Origin: a bacterium
Lineage (GTDB): Bacteria > Lindowbacteria > 2-12-FULL-62-27
NCBI GenBank assembly: GCA_016202645.1
Contig: JACQOF010000140.1
Coordinates: 25 to 64,024 of the forward strand
Length of the DNA: 64,000 bases
Reading direction: 5' to 3'
Position numbers and translations under genes: made by a program. The notes under the pieces are model-generated. The model saw only the letters and a list, made by a program, of their open reading frames with translations. It was not told the origin of the DNA and searched no databases. Below are positions 34,295 to 44,948 of the stretch, piece by piece (position 1 is the first letter of the stretch; the number at the start of each line of letters is the position of its first letter).

Positions 34295-36130
34295 TCATTC
34301 CACCGTCACAGACTTGGCCAAATTTCGCGGCTGGTCGATGTCACAGCCCCGGAGGTCGGCGATGGTGTAGGCCAGAAGCTGGAGCGGAATCACGTTGACG
34401 ATCGGCTGGATCAACGGATCGACTTTCGGGACTTCGATCACGTGCCGGCACAGCGACGCAACGCGGCGGTCTTTTGGATTCGAAAGCCCGATGAGTATCC
34501 CGCCGCGGGCGCGCGCCTCCTGCATGTTCGACAGGACCTTCGGATAGACTTCGTCGGCGGTCGCGATCGACAACACCGGAAGATCATCGTCGATCAGCGC
34601 GATCGGCCCGTGCTTCATCTCGCCGGACGCGTACCCTTCCGCGTGAATGTAGGAAATTTCCTTTAATTTCAAAGCCCCCTCCAGCGCGATCGGGAAATTC
34701 GGGCCGCGGCCGAGATAGAGGAAATGGTTTTTCTTGAATTCCGCGCGCGCGATCCGGTTGATCACCGGCGCCGTCCGTTCCAGCGTGGTCCGGATCGCCG
34801 CGGGCAGGGCCATGAGGGCCTGGAGTTTGGCTTTCACGAACGCGGGTTTCAGCCGCCGCAGTTGAACGCCCAAATCGAGCATCAGCAAAGTCAGAGAAAC
34901 CAGCTGGGTCGTGAAGGCTTTCGTCGACGCCACGCCGATTTCCGGGCCGGCCAGCGTGTAGACCACGCCGTCGGAAAGCCGCGTCAGGGTGCTGCCCACG
35001 ACGTTGCAGATCGAAATAATTTTGCGGCCTTTTTTTCTGTACCGCCGCACCGCCGCCAGCGTGTCGGCGGTCTCGCCGCTCTGGCTCACGGCAATCATCA
35101 GTTCCCGGTCGGTCATCACGGCGTGCCGGTACCGGAGTTCCGACGCGACATCGGTTTCGACCGGGAGGCGCAGGTACCGCTCGATTTCGTACTTGGCCAC
35201 CATCGCGGCGTGAAAACTCGTCCCGCAGGCCAGAAACGTCACGCGCGAGGGCGGCGCGGCCGCGAGCCAGTCCGAAATTCCCGCCGTTTCGGGAAACAGG
35301 ATTTTCCCGTTTCGAATGTAGGTCCCGACGGTCTTGGCCACCGCTTCGGGCTGTTCGAGAATTTCCTTCATCATGAAATGCTTGTGCCCGCCGCGCTCGG
35401 CCGAGACATTGTCCCACGTGATTTTTTGGACGGCTTTTCGAAGAGGCCGGCCGTCCATCAGAAACACCTTCGCGCCGGCCGGGGTCACTTCCGCGATTTC
35501 CTCCTCGTCCAGAAACATCACCGACCGCGTAAACGGCAGAAGCGCCGGGATGTCGGAGGCGATGAAGTTTTCGCCGGCGCTGTCTCCCAGCCCGATTACA
35601 AGCGGCGCGCCCATTCGGGCCGCGATCAGGGTATCGCTCCCGCGTTCCATCACGACCAGCGCGTAGGCGCCTTCGAGTTTCTGGGCCGCCAGACGCGTGG
35701 CCGTCAGCAGACCCTTTTTTATATTTTCCTCCACCAGATGCACGATGATCTCGGTGTCGGTCTCCGACCGGAACTTGTGGCCCTTCCGCGCCAGGTCTTT
35801 TCGGAGCGCCTCATAATTTTCGATGATGCCGTTATGCACGATCGCCAGCCGCCCCCGGCAGTCCACATGCGGGTGGGCGTTGGTGACCGTGACGCCGCCG
35901 TGCGTGGCCCAGCGGGTGTGGCCGATTCCCGTGGTCGCGTCGGAATGAAGCTTCCGGCAGTCCTCGGTCAAAACAGATAGTTTTCCGATTTTTTTCCGGA
36001 CGAGAAGCCGCCCGTTGTCGTTGAGCGCGATGCCCGCGGAATCATACCCGCGGTATTCCAGCCGCCGCAGGCCCTCAAACAAAATCCCCTTGGCGGCCTG
36101 AGTCCCCGTGTAACCGACGATTCCGCACAT
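34295..36130 (-). CDS. glmS: glutamine--fructose-6-phosphate aminotransferase
   Basis: 611 aa. Ntn start MCGIVGY, two SIS domains, and C-terminus AKSVTVE. Confidence 0.95.
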   Translation of the reverse strand: MCGIVGYTGTQAAKGILFEGLRRLEYRGYDSAGIALNDNGRLLVRKKIGKLSVLTEDCRKLHSDATTGIGHTRWATHGGVTVTNAHPHVDCRGRLAIVHNGIIENYEALRKDLARKGHKFRSETDTEIIVHLVEENIKKGLLTATRLAAQKLEGAYALVVMERGSDTLIAARMGAPLVIGLGDSAGENFIASDIPALLPFTRSVMFLDEEEIAEVTPAGAKVFLMDGRPLRKAVQKITWDNVSAERGGHKHFMMKEILEQPEAVAKTVGTYIRNGKILFPETAGISDWLAAAPPSRVTFLACGTSFHAAMVAKYEIERYLRLPVETDVASELRYRHAVMTDRELMIAVSQSGETADTLAAVRRYRKKGRKIISICNVVGSTLTRLSDGVVYTLAGPEIGVASTKAFTTQLVSLTLLMLDLGVQLRRLKPAFVKAKLQALMALPAAIRTTLERTAPVINRIARAEFKKNHFLYLGRGPNFPIALEGALKLKEISYIHAEGYASGEMKHGPIALIDDDLPVLSIATADEVYPKVLSNMQEARARGGILIGLSNPKDRRVASLCRHVIEVPKVDPLIQPIVNVIPLQLLAYTIADLRGCDIDQPRNLAKSVTVE

Positions 36131-36133
36131 GAG

Positions 36134-36931
36134 TCAGGCCGCCGGCCGGTAGGTGGGCGGAAAGGGCGGCAGGGGCGTGGGCGGCTCGGTCCGGCGGATC
36201 GTGTCGAGCATCTCCCGCACGGCGCGGCGCATCCCGACAAACACCGCGCGTGCGACAATGCTGTGCCCGATGTTGAGTTCCTCGATCTCCGTCAGCTCCG
36301 CCACCGGCCGCGTGTTGCGATAGTGCAGGCCGTGCCCCGCGAACACCCGCAGGCCCGACGTCTGGGCCTCGCGGGCGGCCGCGGCAAGCCGGTCGAACTC
36401 CCGGACCGCCTGGCGGCGCGTCCGGGCATTCGCGTATTCGCCGGTGTGAAGTTCCACCGCGTACGCGCCAATGTCTGTCGCCGCCTCGATCTGCCGCGGA
36501 TCCGGATCGATAAACAGGGAAACGGTGATGTTGGATTTCATCAGACGGCGGACAGCCGCTCCCAGAGACTTTTTCTGGCCGGCCGCATCGAGCCCGCCCT
36601 CGGTGGTCAGCTCCTGCCGCCGTTCCGGCACGAGCGTCACCTGATCGGGCCTGATCCGGCACGCAAACCGGATCATCTCAGCCGGCGCGGCCATCTCCAG
36701 ATTCACCGCCGTCTGAACGCTCCGCCTCAAGAGCTCCAGATCCCGCTCCTGAATATGCCGCCGGTCCTCCCGCAGATGCACGGTAATCTGGTGCGCGCCG
36801 GCCGCCTCCGCCTCCAGCGCCGCCGCCACGGGGTCCGGATACATCGTCCCCCGGTTCTGCCGCAAGGTCGCCACGTGATCTACGTTGACCCCGAGCCTGC
36901 ACAGGTACCGCGAATCGTCGAGCATGCTCAT
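36134..36931 (-). CDS. pdxJ: pyridoxine 5'-phosphate synthase
   Basis: 265 aa. [16 protein letters not shown] signature. Carries a Pro-rich C-terminal tail. Confidence 0.9.
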   Translation of the reverse strand: MSMLDDSRYLCRLGVNVDHVATLRQNRGTMYPDPVAAALEAEAAGAHQITVHLREDRRHIQERDLELLRRSVQTAVNLEMAAPAEMIRFACRIRPDQVTLVPERRQELTTEGGLDAAGQKKSLGAAVRRLMKSNITVSLFIDPDPRQIEAATDIGAYAVELHTGEYANARTRRQAVREFDRLAAAAREAQTSGLRVFAGHGLHYRNTRPVAELTEIEELNIGHSIVARAVFVGMRRAVREMLDTIRRTEPPTPLPPFPPTYRPAA

Positions 36932-36995
36932 AAAAAAAGCATAGTATATCCGCGGACAAAGATAAACAAAGAGGAACTATCGTCATCGGGACTAT

Positions 36996-37068
36996 CGTCA
37001 TACCCGCGGAAGCGGGCATCCAGGCCAATCGTAAAGCAGACTGGATTCCCGCTTTCGCGGGAATGACG
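36996..37068. repeat. family A inverted pair (left unit degenerate)
   Basis: Units 36996..37023 and 37041..37068, between divergent pdxJ and tig. Confidence 0.85.
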
Positions 37069-37087
37069 ACATGCAATATCGCAATCC

Positions 37088-37117
37088 TTGACGCGAACCG
37101 CCGCAAAAACGTATAGT
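37088..37117 (+). promoter_or_regulatory. sigma70-type promoter for tig, leaderless geometry
   Basis: TTGACG-N18-TATAGT-N8-ATG. No SD. Confidence 0.55.
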
Positions 37118-37125
37118 CCTTCCGA

Positions 37126-38430
37126 ATGAACATCACGGTTGAAGTCGAAAAATCCGAAAATTGCGTGGTCGATCTGGCCGTTGGGGTACCGGCGGAGGAG
37201 CTCGATCGGCGCAAGGACGCGATATTGGACAAGTGGCGCGAGCGCGCGAATGTGCCGGGGTTCCGCAAGGGGCACGTGCCGAAGGCCATTCTCGAACGGC
37301 AGTTCGGCCAGCAGGCCGCCGCCGAAGGCTTGGACGATCTTCTGAAGGAGGCCGTCCGCGCCGCGTTTGAAAAGCAGGAACTGCATCCGGTCGATACTCC
37401 GAAGGTCACCGACCTCAAGACCGACAACGGCCAGATCCGGTTCAAGCTCAGCGTCGAGGTCCGGCCCGTCCTTCGGCTGACGGATGATTTGATTCTCAAG
37501 ATTCCTCTGCCCAAACCCGCGCAGACGCCTGTCACCGACGAGGACGTCACCGCGGCCATGACCAATGAACTGAAAACCGAATCGACCTTCGTGCCCGTCC
37601 TCGACCCCCGGCCATCACAGCGCGGGGATTTTGTGGCCGTCGATTATGAGGGGTTTCTCAAGGAAAACGACCAGCCCATCGAGGGCGCCAAGGCTGACGG
37701 CGCGATGATTGAACTGGGCGCGATGAAATTTCTCCCGGGATTCGACGATCAGGTCGCCGGCATGTCTCCCGGCGACAAACGCCGGGTCGAGATCGCCTTC
37801 CCGGCCGACTTTTACGACGACGGCCTCCAAGGCAAAGCCGCCTATTTTCATGTGACGCTCAAGACCATCAAAAAACGGCAGATGCCGGAGGCGACGGACG
37901 ACTGGGCCAAGGAACGCGGCTACGAAAGCCTCGCCGACGCCCGGACCAAAATCCGCGCGGAAATGGAACGCGGCGCGGCCGAGCTGGCCCAGGAGGAAAC
38001 CCGGCGCGCGCTCTTTGAGGCCCTCGACGCCCGCATCCAAATCGAACTGCCCGGCGTGATGGTGGCCCGGCAGGTCGACGAACTCGGCCGGAACCTCGAA
38101 CGGCGCTACAAGGGAGGCCGAAAGGAACTTCTGGAACAGCTCCAGAAGGAAGGCAAATCCGAGACGGACCTTGAGGCGGAATTATTCCAGCGGGCCAGGC
38201 GCCAGATCAAAAACAGCCTGATCCTCGACGCCGTCTCCAAACTTAAAAATATACAGGTGGACGACTCGGACATCGAAACTAAAATCGCCAAAATGGCCGA
38301 CGAGTACCGCACAACCCCGGACGTCATCCGGGCGGAGCTGGGCAAGCAGGACAAGCTGGACGACATCCGGTACACTCTGCTGGACGAAAAGGTGGTTCAG
38401 TTCCTGCTCGATCACGCCGATATTCGATAA
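37126..38430 (+). CDS. tig: trigger factor
   Basis: 434 aa. N-terminal ribosome-binding region with GFRKGHVP, an FKBP-like middle domain, and its position upstream of clpP-clpX. Confidence 0.9.
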   Translation: MNITVEVEKSENCVVDLAVGVPAEELDRRKDAILDKWRERANVPGFRKGHVPKAILERQFGQQAAAEGLDDLLKEAVRAAFEKQELHPVDTPKVTDLKTDNGQIRFKLSVEVRPVLRLTDDLILKIPLPKPAQTPVTDEDVTAAMTNELKTESTFVPVLDPRPSQRGDFVAVDYEGFLKENDQPIEGAKADGAMIELGAMKFLPGFDDQVAGMSPGDKRRVEIAFPADFYDDGLQGKAAYFHVTLKTIKKRQMPEATDDWAKERGYESLADARTKIRAEMERGAAELAQEETRRALFEALDARIQIELPGVMVARQVDELGRNLERRYKGGRKELLEQLQKEGKSETDLEAELFQRARRQIKNSLILDAVSKLKNIQVDDSDIETKIAKMADEYRTTPDVIRAELGKQDKLDDIRYTLLDEKVVQFLLDHADIR

Positions 38431-38449
38431 GAGACGGAGGATTTCGCAA

Positions 38450-39067
38450 ATGTCCTACATGATTCCTTTTGTGATTGAACAAACATCGCGCGGTGAACGG
38501 TCCTATGACATTTACTCGCGCCTGCTCAAGGACCGGATCATCTTCATGGGTGTGCCGGTCGACGACGGCATTTCAAACGTCGTCATCGCGCAGATGCTGT
38601 TTCTGGAGGCGGAAGATCCTGACAAGGACATCCACCTCTACATCAACAGCCCGGGCGGGTCCGTCACGGCGGGCCTGGCCATCTACGACACCATGCAGTA
38701 CATCAAATGTGACGTCTCGACCATCTGCGTCGGCCAGGCCGCCTCGATGGGCGCCCTGCTGCTTTGCGCCGGCGCCAAGGACAAACGCTTTGCGCTTCCG
38801 AACGCCCGCATCATGATCCACCAGCCCCTGGGCGGGGTTGAGGGCCAGGCGACCGACATCGACATCCGGGCGAAGGAAATCCTGCGGATGCGGGACATCA
38901 TCAACGATATTCTGGTCAAACACACCAGCCAGACCCTGGAAAAGATCCGGAAGGACACCGACCGCGATTTTTTTATGGATGGCACCGCGGCCGTGACGTA
39001 CGGCCTCATCGACCGCGTGATCGAAAAGCGCGAAGTGTCCAAGGCCGGCGAGGAGAAGAAGAAGTAA
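38450..39067 (+). CDS. clpP: ATP-dependent Clp protease proteolytic subunit
   Basis: 205 aa. Motifs [10 protein letters not shown] (Ser) and IMIHQPLGG (His). SD GGAGG upstream. Confidence 0.95.
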   Translation: MSYMIPFVIEQTSRGERSYDIYSRLLKDRIIFMGVPVDDGISNVVIAQMLFLEAEDPDKDIHLYINSPGGSVTAGLAIYDTMQYIKCDVSTICVGQAASMGALLLCAGAKDKRFALPNARIMIHQPLGGVEGQATDIDIRAKEILRMRDIINDILVKHTSQTLEKIRKDTDRDFFMDGTAAVTYGLIDRVIEKREVSKAGEEKKK

Positions 39068-39068
39068 C

Positions 39069-40331
39069 ATGGTCCTGAGATTCACGGAGGGCGGAGGCGA
39101 ACACCGCTGTTCGTTTTGCGGCAAGGCCCAGGAGGACGTCCGGAGGCGGCTCATCACCGCGCCCCAAGCCGCCATCTGCGACGAGTGCATCGAAACGTGC
39201 TACCAGATCGTCGGCGAGGACGCGCCGGACGCCGCTCACAAGACAGATGGCCTTCCGACCCCCAAAGAAATCAAAGCCCTGCTGGACGAATACGTCATCG
39301 GCCAGAACAGCGCCAAGAAATCCCTCTCGGTCGCCGTCTACAACCACTATAAACGCATCCAGAGCGACACCACCCGCGGCCCGAAGAAGGACGATGTGGA
39401 CCTTCAAAAGAGCAATGTCCTCCTCGTCGGCCCCACCGGCGTCGGCAAAACGCTTCTCGCGCAGGTCCTCTCGAAAATCCTGAACGTCCCCTTCGCCATC
39501 GTCGACGCCACGGCCCTCACCGAGGCGGGCTACGTCGGAGAGGACGTCGAAAATATTCTGCTCAGGCTCCTGCAGGCCGCCGATTTTGATCTCGCAAGGG
39601 CCCAGCGCGGGATCATCTACATCGACGAGATCGACAAGATCGCCCGCAAGGGCGACAACCCCTCGATCACCCGCGACGTTTCGGGCGAGGGCGTCCAGCA
39701 GGCTCTGCTCAAGATCCTCGAGGGCGCCGTCGCGAACGTCCCGCCGCAGGGCGGCCGGAAACACCCGCACCAGGATTTCATCCAGATGAACACCGCCAAT
39801 ATCCTCTTCATTTGCGGCGGCGCATTCGTGGGCCTCGACAAAATCGTCGAAAACCGGATCGGGAAAAAACTGATGGGATTCACCGCCGACATCAAAACCC
39901 GCGGCGAGAAAAAATCGGACGCGGTCCTCCAGGAACTCGTCCCGGACGACCTCCTCAAATTCGGCATGATCCCCGAATTCGTCGGCCGCCTCCCCGTCAT
40001 CGGCGTCCTCGCGGACCTCGGCACGGACGACCTGATCAAAGTCCTCACCGAACCCAAGAACGCCCTGGCCAAACAGTACCGCAAGTTCTTCGAAATGGAA
40101 GGCGTCAATCTCGTCTTTACGCCGGAATCCCTCCGCGAAGTCGCCGTACTCGCCGGCGACCGCGGCACCGGCGCCCGCGCACTCCGCGCCATCCTCGAGG
40201 ACATCATGCTTGAGCTCATGTACGAAGTCCCCTCGAACCACAACATCAAGGAAGTCGTCATCACCGAGGAATCCATCACCCGCAAAGCCTCACCGCTCAT
40301 TTCCCTCAAAGAAGAAAAAGCCTCGGCCTAG
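39069..40331 (+). CDS. clpX: ATP-dependent Clp protease ATP-binding subunit ClpX
   Basis: 420 aa. Zinc ribbon CSFCGK...CDECI and Walker A GPTGVGKT. Confidence 0.95.
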   Translation: MVLRFTEGGGEHRCSFCGKAQEDVRRRLITAPQAAICDECIETCYQIVGEDAPDAAHKTDGLPTPKEIKALLDEYVIGQNSAKKSLSVAVYNHYKRIQSDTTRGPKKDDVDLQKSNVLLVGPTGVGKTLLAQVLSKILNVPFAIVDATALTEAGYVGEDVENILLRLLQAADFDLARAQRGIIYIDEIDKIARKGDNPSITRDVSGEGVQQALLKILEGAVANVPPQGGRKHPHQDFIQMNTANILFICGGAFVGLDKIVENRIGKKLMGFTADIKTRGEKKSDAVLQELVPDDLLKFGMIPEFVGRLPVIGVLADLGTDDLIKVLTEPKNALAKQYRKFFEMEGVNLVFTPESLREVAVLAGDRGTGARALRAILEDIMLELMYEVPSNHNIKEVVITEESITRKASPLISLKEEKASA

Positions 40332-40398
40332 GAAGCTCTTTCCTCGGAGAAATCCGGCAACTTGTTTTTCCGCGGGACGAAAGAGATACTGCCCCTTT

Positions 40399-42828
40399 AT
40401 GAAGAAGGGCGCGAAAGCCGGCACCGAACTGATGGATCTTCCCTGTCTCCCGCTCCGGGATGTTGTGATTTTTCCCGGGATGTCCGTGCCGCTGTTTGTC
40501 GGACGGTCCGGGTCGATCGCGGCGGTTGAGGCCTCCGAAGGGCCCGGCAAGGCGCCGCGGCAGGTCGTGGCCGTGGCCCAGAAGGACCCGTCGACCAAGG
40601 ATCCGGCCAAACGCGAGCTTTACGACGTCGGCTGTATCGCCGTCATCAAGCAGGTGGTGCGGATGCCGGACGCCACGCTCAAGATTGTGGTCGAGGGAAA
40701 AAGCCGCGTGCGGATCGACAGCCTGAACCGCACCCGGGAATGCCTCATGGCGCTTGTCCAGCCGGTCGAATCTCCTGTAGACGTCGAGTCGGACCTGTCC
40801 GGCCTCATGCGCAACGTCAGCCACCGGTTCGAGGAGTACGTCCGGCTCGGCCAGAAAATCCCCCAGGAATCGGCGATGGCGGTGCTCAATCTCGCCGACG
40901 CCGCGCGGCTTTCCGATTCCGTCGCCGCGCAAATTTTCGCGCCGCCGGCCGTCAAGCAGTCTCTCCTCGAGGAATTCTCTCCGGAAAAACGCCTCTACCG
41001 CCTTTCTGAAATCCTCGAACGCGAAATCGACATTGCCAAACTTGAAAATAAAATCCGGTCGCAGGTCCGCAAACAAATGGACGTCAACCAGCGGGAGTAC
41101 TATCTCGCCGAACAGATGAAAGCGATCCAGAAGGAAATGGGCCGGCCCGACAGCCGCGAGGATTTCGACGCCCTCCGGGAGGCGATCGAAAAAGCCGGGA
41201 TGCCGCCGGAGGTGAAGGAAAAGGCCGACAAGGAACTGGCGCGGCTTGAAAAAATGCCGCCCCTGACGCCCGAGACCACCGTCGCCCGCAATTACATCGG
41301 CTGGCTCACGGAACTGCCGTGGACACGCAAGACCGAAGACCAGATCGACGTCCGCAAAGCCCAAAAGATCCTCGATGAAGACCACTACGGGCTCGACAAG
41401 CCCAAGGAACGGATCCTCGAGTATCTGGCCGTGTGCAAACTTGCCGAACAGATCAAAGGCCCCATCCTCTGCCTTGTCGGGCCGCCCGGCGTCGGAAAGA
41501 CATCTCTGGGCAAATCGATCGCGCGCGCCATGAGCCGCGAATTCGTCCGGATGTCGCTCGGGGGAGTCCGCGACGAGGCCGAGATCCGGGGCCACCGCCG
41601 CACGTATGTCGGGTCGATGCCGGGCCGGATCCTCCAGCTTCTGGCCAAGGCCAAAGTCCGCAACCCCGTTTTTCTGCTCGACGAGGTCGACAAGATGAGC
41701 GTCGATTTCCGTGGCGATCCCTCCTCGGCGCTTCTCGAAGTCCTCGACCCCGAACAGAACCGGCACTTTGTCGATCACTTTCTCGAAGTCGGATTCGACC
41801 TTTCGGAATGTCTCTTCATCACCACCGCCAATGTCCGCTTCGCGATTCCGCCGCCGCTCCTGGACCGGATGGAAGTCATCGAGCTTTCCGGATACACCCA
41901 ACCCGAAAAAATTCAGATTGCCAAGTCGTTCCTGGTTCCCAAACAGACCGCCGAGAACGGCCTCTCGGCCCGGCCCGTGAAGCTGTCCGACGACGTGATC
42001 GGCACGATCATCCGGCGCTACACCAACGAGGCCGGCGTCCGGGACCTCGAACGGCACATCGGCAAGATCTTCCGGCGGGCGGCCCGCGCCGTCGCGGAAG
42101 GCAAACGCGCGAAACTCGCGATCCGGGAATCCGACCTCGAAAAAATCCTCGGCGTCCCCCAGGTCCACGAAAAACGGACTTTGCTATCGGCCCGCAGTGA
42201 ATCTGGCGCGGCCGCCGGGCTGGCGTGGACCGAGCGAGGCGGGGACGTTCTGCTCGTCGAAGTCTCCCGCATTCCGGGCCGCGGCCAGCTCATTTTGACC
42301 GGAAGCCTCGGAGATGTGATGAAAGAATCCGGCATGGCGGCCCTGACGTTCGCCCGGAAAATCGCCGGACGGCTCGGGGTTGGGCCTGAACTGTTCAGAA
42401 AAAGCGATTTTCACATCCACGTCGCCGAAGGCGCCATCCCGAAAGACGGCCCGTCGGCCGGCATCACCATCGCTTCGGCACTGCTGTCGGCCATCCTTTC
42501 CGAGCATATCCCGAAAGACCTCGCCATGACGGGCGAGATCACTTTGAGCGGACGCATTCTGCCCGTGGGCGGGCTTCGGTCGAAACTCCTGGCCGCCCAG
42601 CGCTACGGCATCCGCCGGGTGGTCCTGCCGCGCGAAAACGAACCCCAGATCCGCGAAATTCCAAGTCACGAAATCGCCCAGCTCAAGCTCGACTACGTCG
42701 ACCGCATGGAAGACCTCATTCCGATTCTCTTTCCGAAATGTCGATTGCATCGATCTGATTTGACGGCAGAACCCGCGACTCGCCGGTCTGCCCAATCCCT
42801 GCCGGCCTCGATGCCGGCGGCGCACTGA
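40399..42828 (+). CDS. lon: Lon protease
   Basis: ORF 40210 trimmed to ATG 40399; the upstream 63 codons overlap clpX and are basic/Pro-rich junk. Lon N-domain, Walker A GPPGVGKTS, and protease Ser in PKDGPSAGI. Confidence 0.95.
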   Translation: MKKGAKAGTELMDLPCLPLRDVVIFPGMSVPLFVGRSGSIAAVEASEGPGKAPRQVVAVAQKDPSTKDPAKRELYDVGCIAVIKQVVRMPDATLKIVVEGKSRVRIDSLNRTRECLMALVQPVESPVDVESDLSGLMRNVSHRFEEYVRLGQKIPQESAMAVLNLADAARLSDSVAAQIFAPPAVKQSLLEEFSPEKRLYRLSEILEREIDIAKLENKIRSQVRKQMDVNQREYYLAEQMKAIQKEMGRPDSREDFDALREAIEKAGMPPEVKEKADKELARLEKMPPLTPETTVARNYIGWLTELPWTRKTEDQIDVRKAQKILDEDHYGLDKPKERILEYLAVCKLAEQIKGPILCLVGPPGVGKTSLGKSIARAMSREFVRMSLGGVRDEAEIRGHRRTYVGSMPGRILQLLAKAKVRNPVFLLDEVDKMSVDFRGDPSSALLEVLDPEQNRHFVDHFLEVGFDLSECLFITTANVRFAIPPPLLDRMEVIELSGYTQPEKIQIAKSFLVPKQTAENGLSARPVKLSDDVIGTIIRRYTNEAGVRDLERHIGKIFRRAARAVAEGKRAKLAIRESDLEKILGVPQVHEKRTLLSARSESGAAAGLAWTERGGDVLLVEVSRIPGRGQLILTGSLGDVMKESGMAALTFARKIAGRLGVGPELFRKSDFHIHVAEGAIPKDGPSAGITIASALLSAILSEHIPKDLAMTGEITLSGRILPVGGLRSKLLAAQRYGIRRVVLPRENEPQIREIPSHEIAQLKLDYVDRMEDLIPILFPKCRLHRSDLTAEPATRRSAQSLPASMPAAH

Positions 42829-42850
42829 TCATTCTCTAAGGAGGCTCCGC

Positions 42851-43990
42851 ATGTTCTACAAGAAACGTTTGCTCGCGCCAGGACCGACACCGGTCCTTGA
42901 AGAGGCGCTTCTCATTTCAGCGAAACCGATGATCCACCACCGGACGGAGGAGTTTAACGCCGTCATGAAGGACGTGTTCGATAAACTCAAAACCGTTTTC
43001 GTGACGAAAAATCCCGTCCTCCTCTTCACCAGCTCCGGCACCGGCGCCATGGAAGCCGCCGTCGCGAACCTCTGCCGCACCGACCGCCCGGCTCTCGTCG
43101 TCCGCGCGGGAAAATTCGGCGAGCGGTGGGGCGACATCACCAAAGCTTACGGCGTCCCAACGGACGTCATCGACGTCCCGTGGGGCCAGGCGGTCGATCC
43201 GGCCGATGTCGCGAAACACCTGAAACAAAAACCCGAAACGACGGCGGTCTTCACCACGCTGTCCGAAACATCAACCTGCGTCGCCCATCCGATCAAGGAG
43301 CTGGGCGAGATAACCTCCAAGACCGACACGCTGCTCGTCGTCGACGGCATCTCCGGTCTTGGCGGCCAGGAATGCCGGACGGACGCGTGGAATGTCGACG
43401 TCGTCGTCGCCGGTTCCCAGAAAGCCCTCATGATCCCGCCCGGACTGGCGTTCGCGTCGGTGTCCGAAAAAGCCTTGAAGAAATCGAAGGAATCGAACCT
43501 TCCGAAATTTTATCTGTCCTTCGACAAGCACCACAAAAACATCGCCAAGGACACCACGCCCTATACGCCCGCCGTGTCCCTCATCTTCGCTCTGCAAACG
43601 GCGCTGGATCGGATGGTCGCGGAGGGAATGGACGCGATTTTCAACCGGCACAAAATTCTCGGCGAAGCCATGCGCGCCGGCGTCAAGGCCATGGGCCTGA
43701 CCGTGTTTTCCAGGCGCCCCGTCGACGTCGCAACCGCGGTCGACGTCCCGGCGGGCGTGGACGGCGGGAAACTCAAGAAACTCTTTGACACCGAATACGG
43801 CATCACCGTCGCGGGCGGGCAGGACCACATCAAAGGTAAAATCGTCCGGATCGCGCACATGGGATATATGGACTTCTTCGACAGCCTCGCCGCGCTCGCC
43901 GCGCTCGGCATGGGCCTCAACAAACTCGGACACCGCGTCGATATCGGCGCGGGGGCCGCGGCGGCGATCAAGCGCATCGAGGCGGCGTGA
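42851..43990 (+). CDS. class V PLP aminotransferase (serine-pyruvate/phosphoserine aminotransferase-like)
   Basis: 379 aa, AGXT-family layout (SGTGAMEAA...GSQKAL). Coupled to the serA-like gene, which suggests a serine-pathway role. Confidence 0.8.
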   Translation: MFYKKRLLAPGPTPVLEEALLISAKPMIHHRTEEFNAVMKDVFDKLKTVFVTKNPVLLFTSSGTGAMEAAVANLCRTDRPALVVRAGKFGERWGDITKAYGVPTDVIDVPWGQAVDPADVAKHLKQKPETTAVFTTLSETSTCVAHPIKELGEITSKTDTLLVVDGISGLGGQECRTDAWNVDVVVAGSQKALMIPPGLAFASVSEKALKKSKESNLPKFYLSFDKHHKNIAKDTTPYTPAVSLIFALQTALDRMVAEGMDAIFNRHKILGEAMRAGVKAMGLTVFSRRPVDVATAVDVPAGVDGGKLKKLFDTEYGITVAGGQDHIKGKIVRIAHMGYMDFFDSLAALAALGMGLNKLGHRVDIGAGAAAAIKRIEAA

Positions 43991-44946
43991 CCGTGGATGT
44001 TAAAGTGCGGGTTCTGGTCTGCGACGGCGTCGCCAAAAAAGCCGTCCAACAACTGACCGGGCAGGGCTTCGAGGTCGAGGAGACAAAGGCTCTAGCCGAA
44101 GACGACCTCATCCGGAAGCTTTCGGCCAACCCCGCTGAATGCCTGATCGTCCGAAGTTCCACCAAAGTCACGCGGAAAGTTTTCGAATCCGTGAACTGTC
44201 TCAAACTCGTTGGGCGCGCCGGAGTCGGCGTGGACAACATCGACGTGAAGGCCGCGACCGGGGCGAAAGTGAAAGTCATGAACACTCCCGGCGGCAATTC
44301 CAACGCCGTGATTGAGCTCACCGTCGGGTTTATCCTCTGCCTCGCCCGCCAAATTCCCAAAGCCGACCGGACGATGAAGGAAGGCCGCTGGGAGAAAAAA
44401 ACGATGATGGGCATCGAAGTGAAAGGCAAGGTCCTGGGCCTGGTGGGCGTGGGCCGGATTGGCTGTGAGGTCGCGCGGCGCGCGCGGGCCCTCGGAATGG
44501 AAGTGCTCGGATACGATCCGTATCTGGCTGCGGCGGTTCTGAAGGACGCATGCGAGCCGGTGGCCAGTCTTCAGGACATTTACAGACGGTCGGATTTTAT
44601 CTCCATCCACACTCCCCTCACCGACGAAACCCGGGGTCTCGTCGGATCGGAGGCGTTCGCTCTGATGAAGGACGGCGTTCGCATCGTCAACGCCGCCCGC
44701 GGCGGCATCCTCGACGAGGAGGCGCTCCTCAAGGCCCTCAACACCGGCAAGGTCGCCGGCGCCGCGCTGGATGTCTACTCGGAAGAACCGCCCCGCCAGG
44801 GCGCGCTTCTCGAGGACGACCGGCTCATCCTCACGCCGCACATCGGCGCGGCCACCGGCGAGTCCCAGGACACCTGCGCCGACATGCTCGCCGACCAGGT
44901 CATCCAGTTCTTCGCCAAAAACCGGGCGATCAACGTCGTCAACTGA
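43987..44946 (+). CDS. serA: D-3-phosphoglycerate dehydrogenase (short type)/2-hydroxyacid dehydrogenase
   Basis: 319 aa. NAD motif GLVGVGRIG, with catalytic R/E/H context (NAARGG...TPHIGA). Confidence 0.8.
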   Translation: MTVDVKVRVLVCDGVAKKAVQQLTGQGFEVEETKALAEDDLIRKLSANPAECLIVRSSTKVTRKVFESVNCLKLVGRAGVGVDNIDVKAATGAKVKVMNTPGGNSNAVIELTVGFILCLARQIPKADRTMKEGRWEKKTMMGIEVKGKVLGLVGVGRIGCEVARRARALGMEVLGYDPYLAAAVLKDACEPVASLQDIYRRSDFISIHTPLTDETRGLVGSEAFALMKDGVRIVNAARGGILDEEALLKALNTGKVAGAALDVYSEEPPRQGALLEDDRLILTPHIGAATGESQDTCADMLADQVIQFFAKNRAINVVN

Positions 44947-44948
44947 GG

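Noticed and set aside
36134-36190. Pro-rich C-terminal tail of PdxJ ([18 protein letters not shown]) as a fused domain
   Set aside because: It is short and low-complexity, and probably a GC-driven read-on to the next stop. No domain is recognisable.
40210-40398. 63-codon N-terminal extension of Lon overlapping the clpX 3' end
   Set aside because: The extension is basic and Pro/Ser-rich with no Lon homology. ATG 40399 starts the conserved Lon N-domain (…LPLRDVVIFPGM…).
40332-40398. Sigma32 heat-shock promoter upstream of lon (CTTG…CCCCTTTA)
   Set aside because: The spacing between the -35-like and -10-like boxes is about 25 nt, far from the 13-15 nt consensus.
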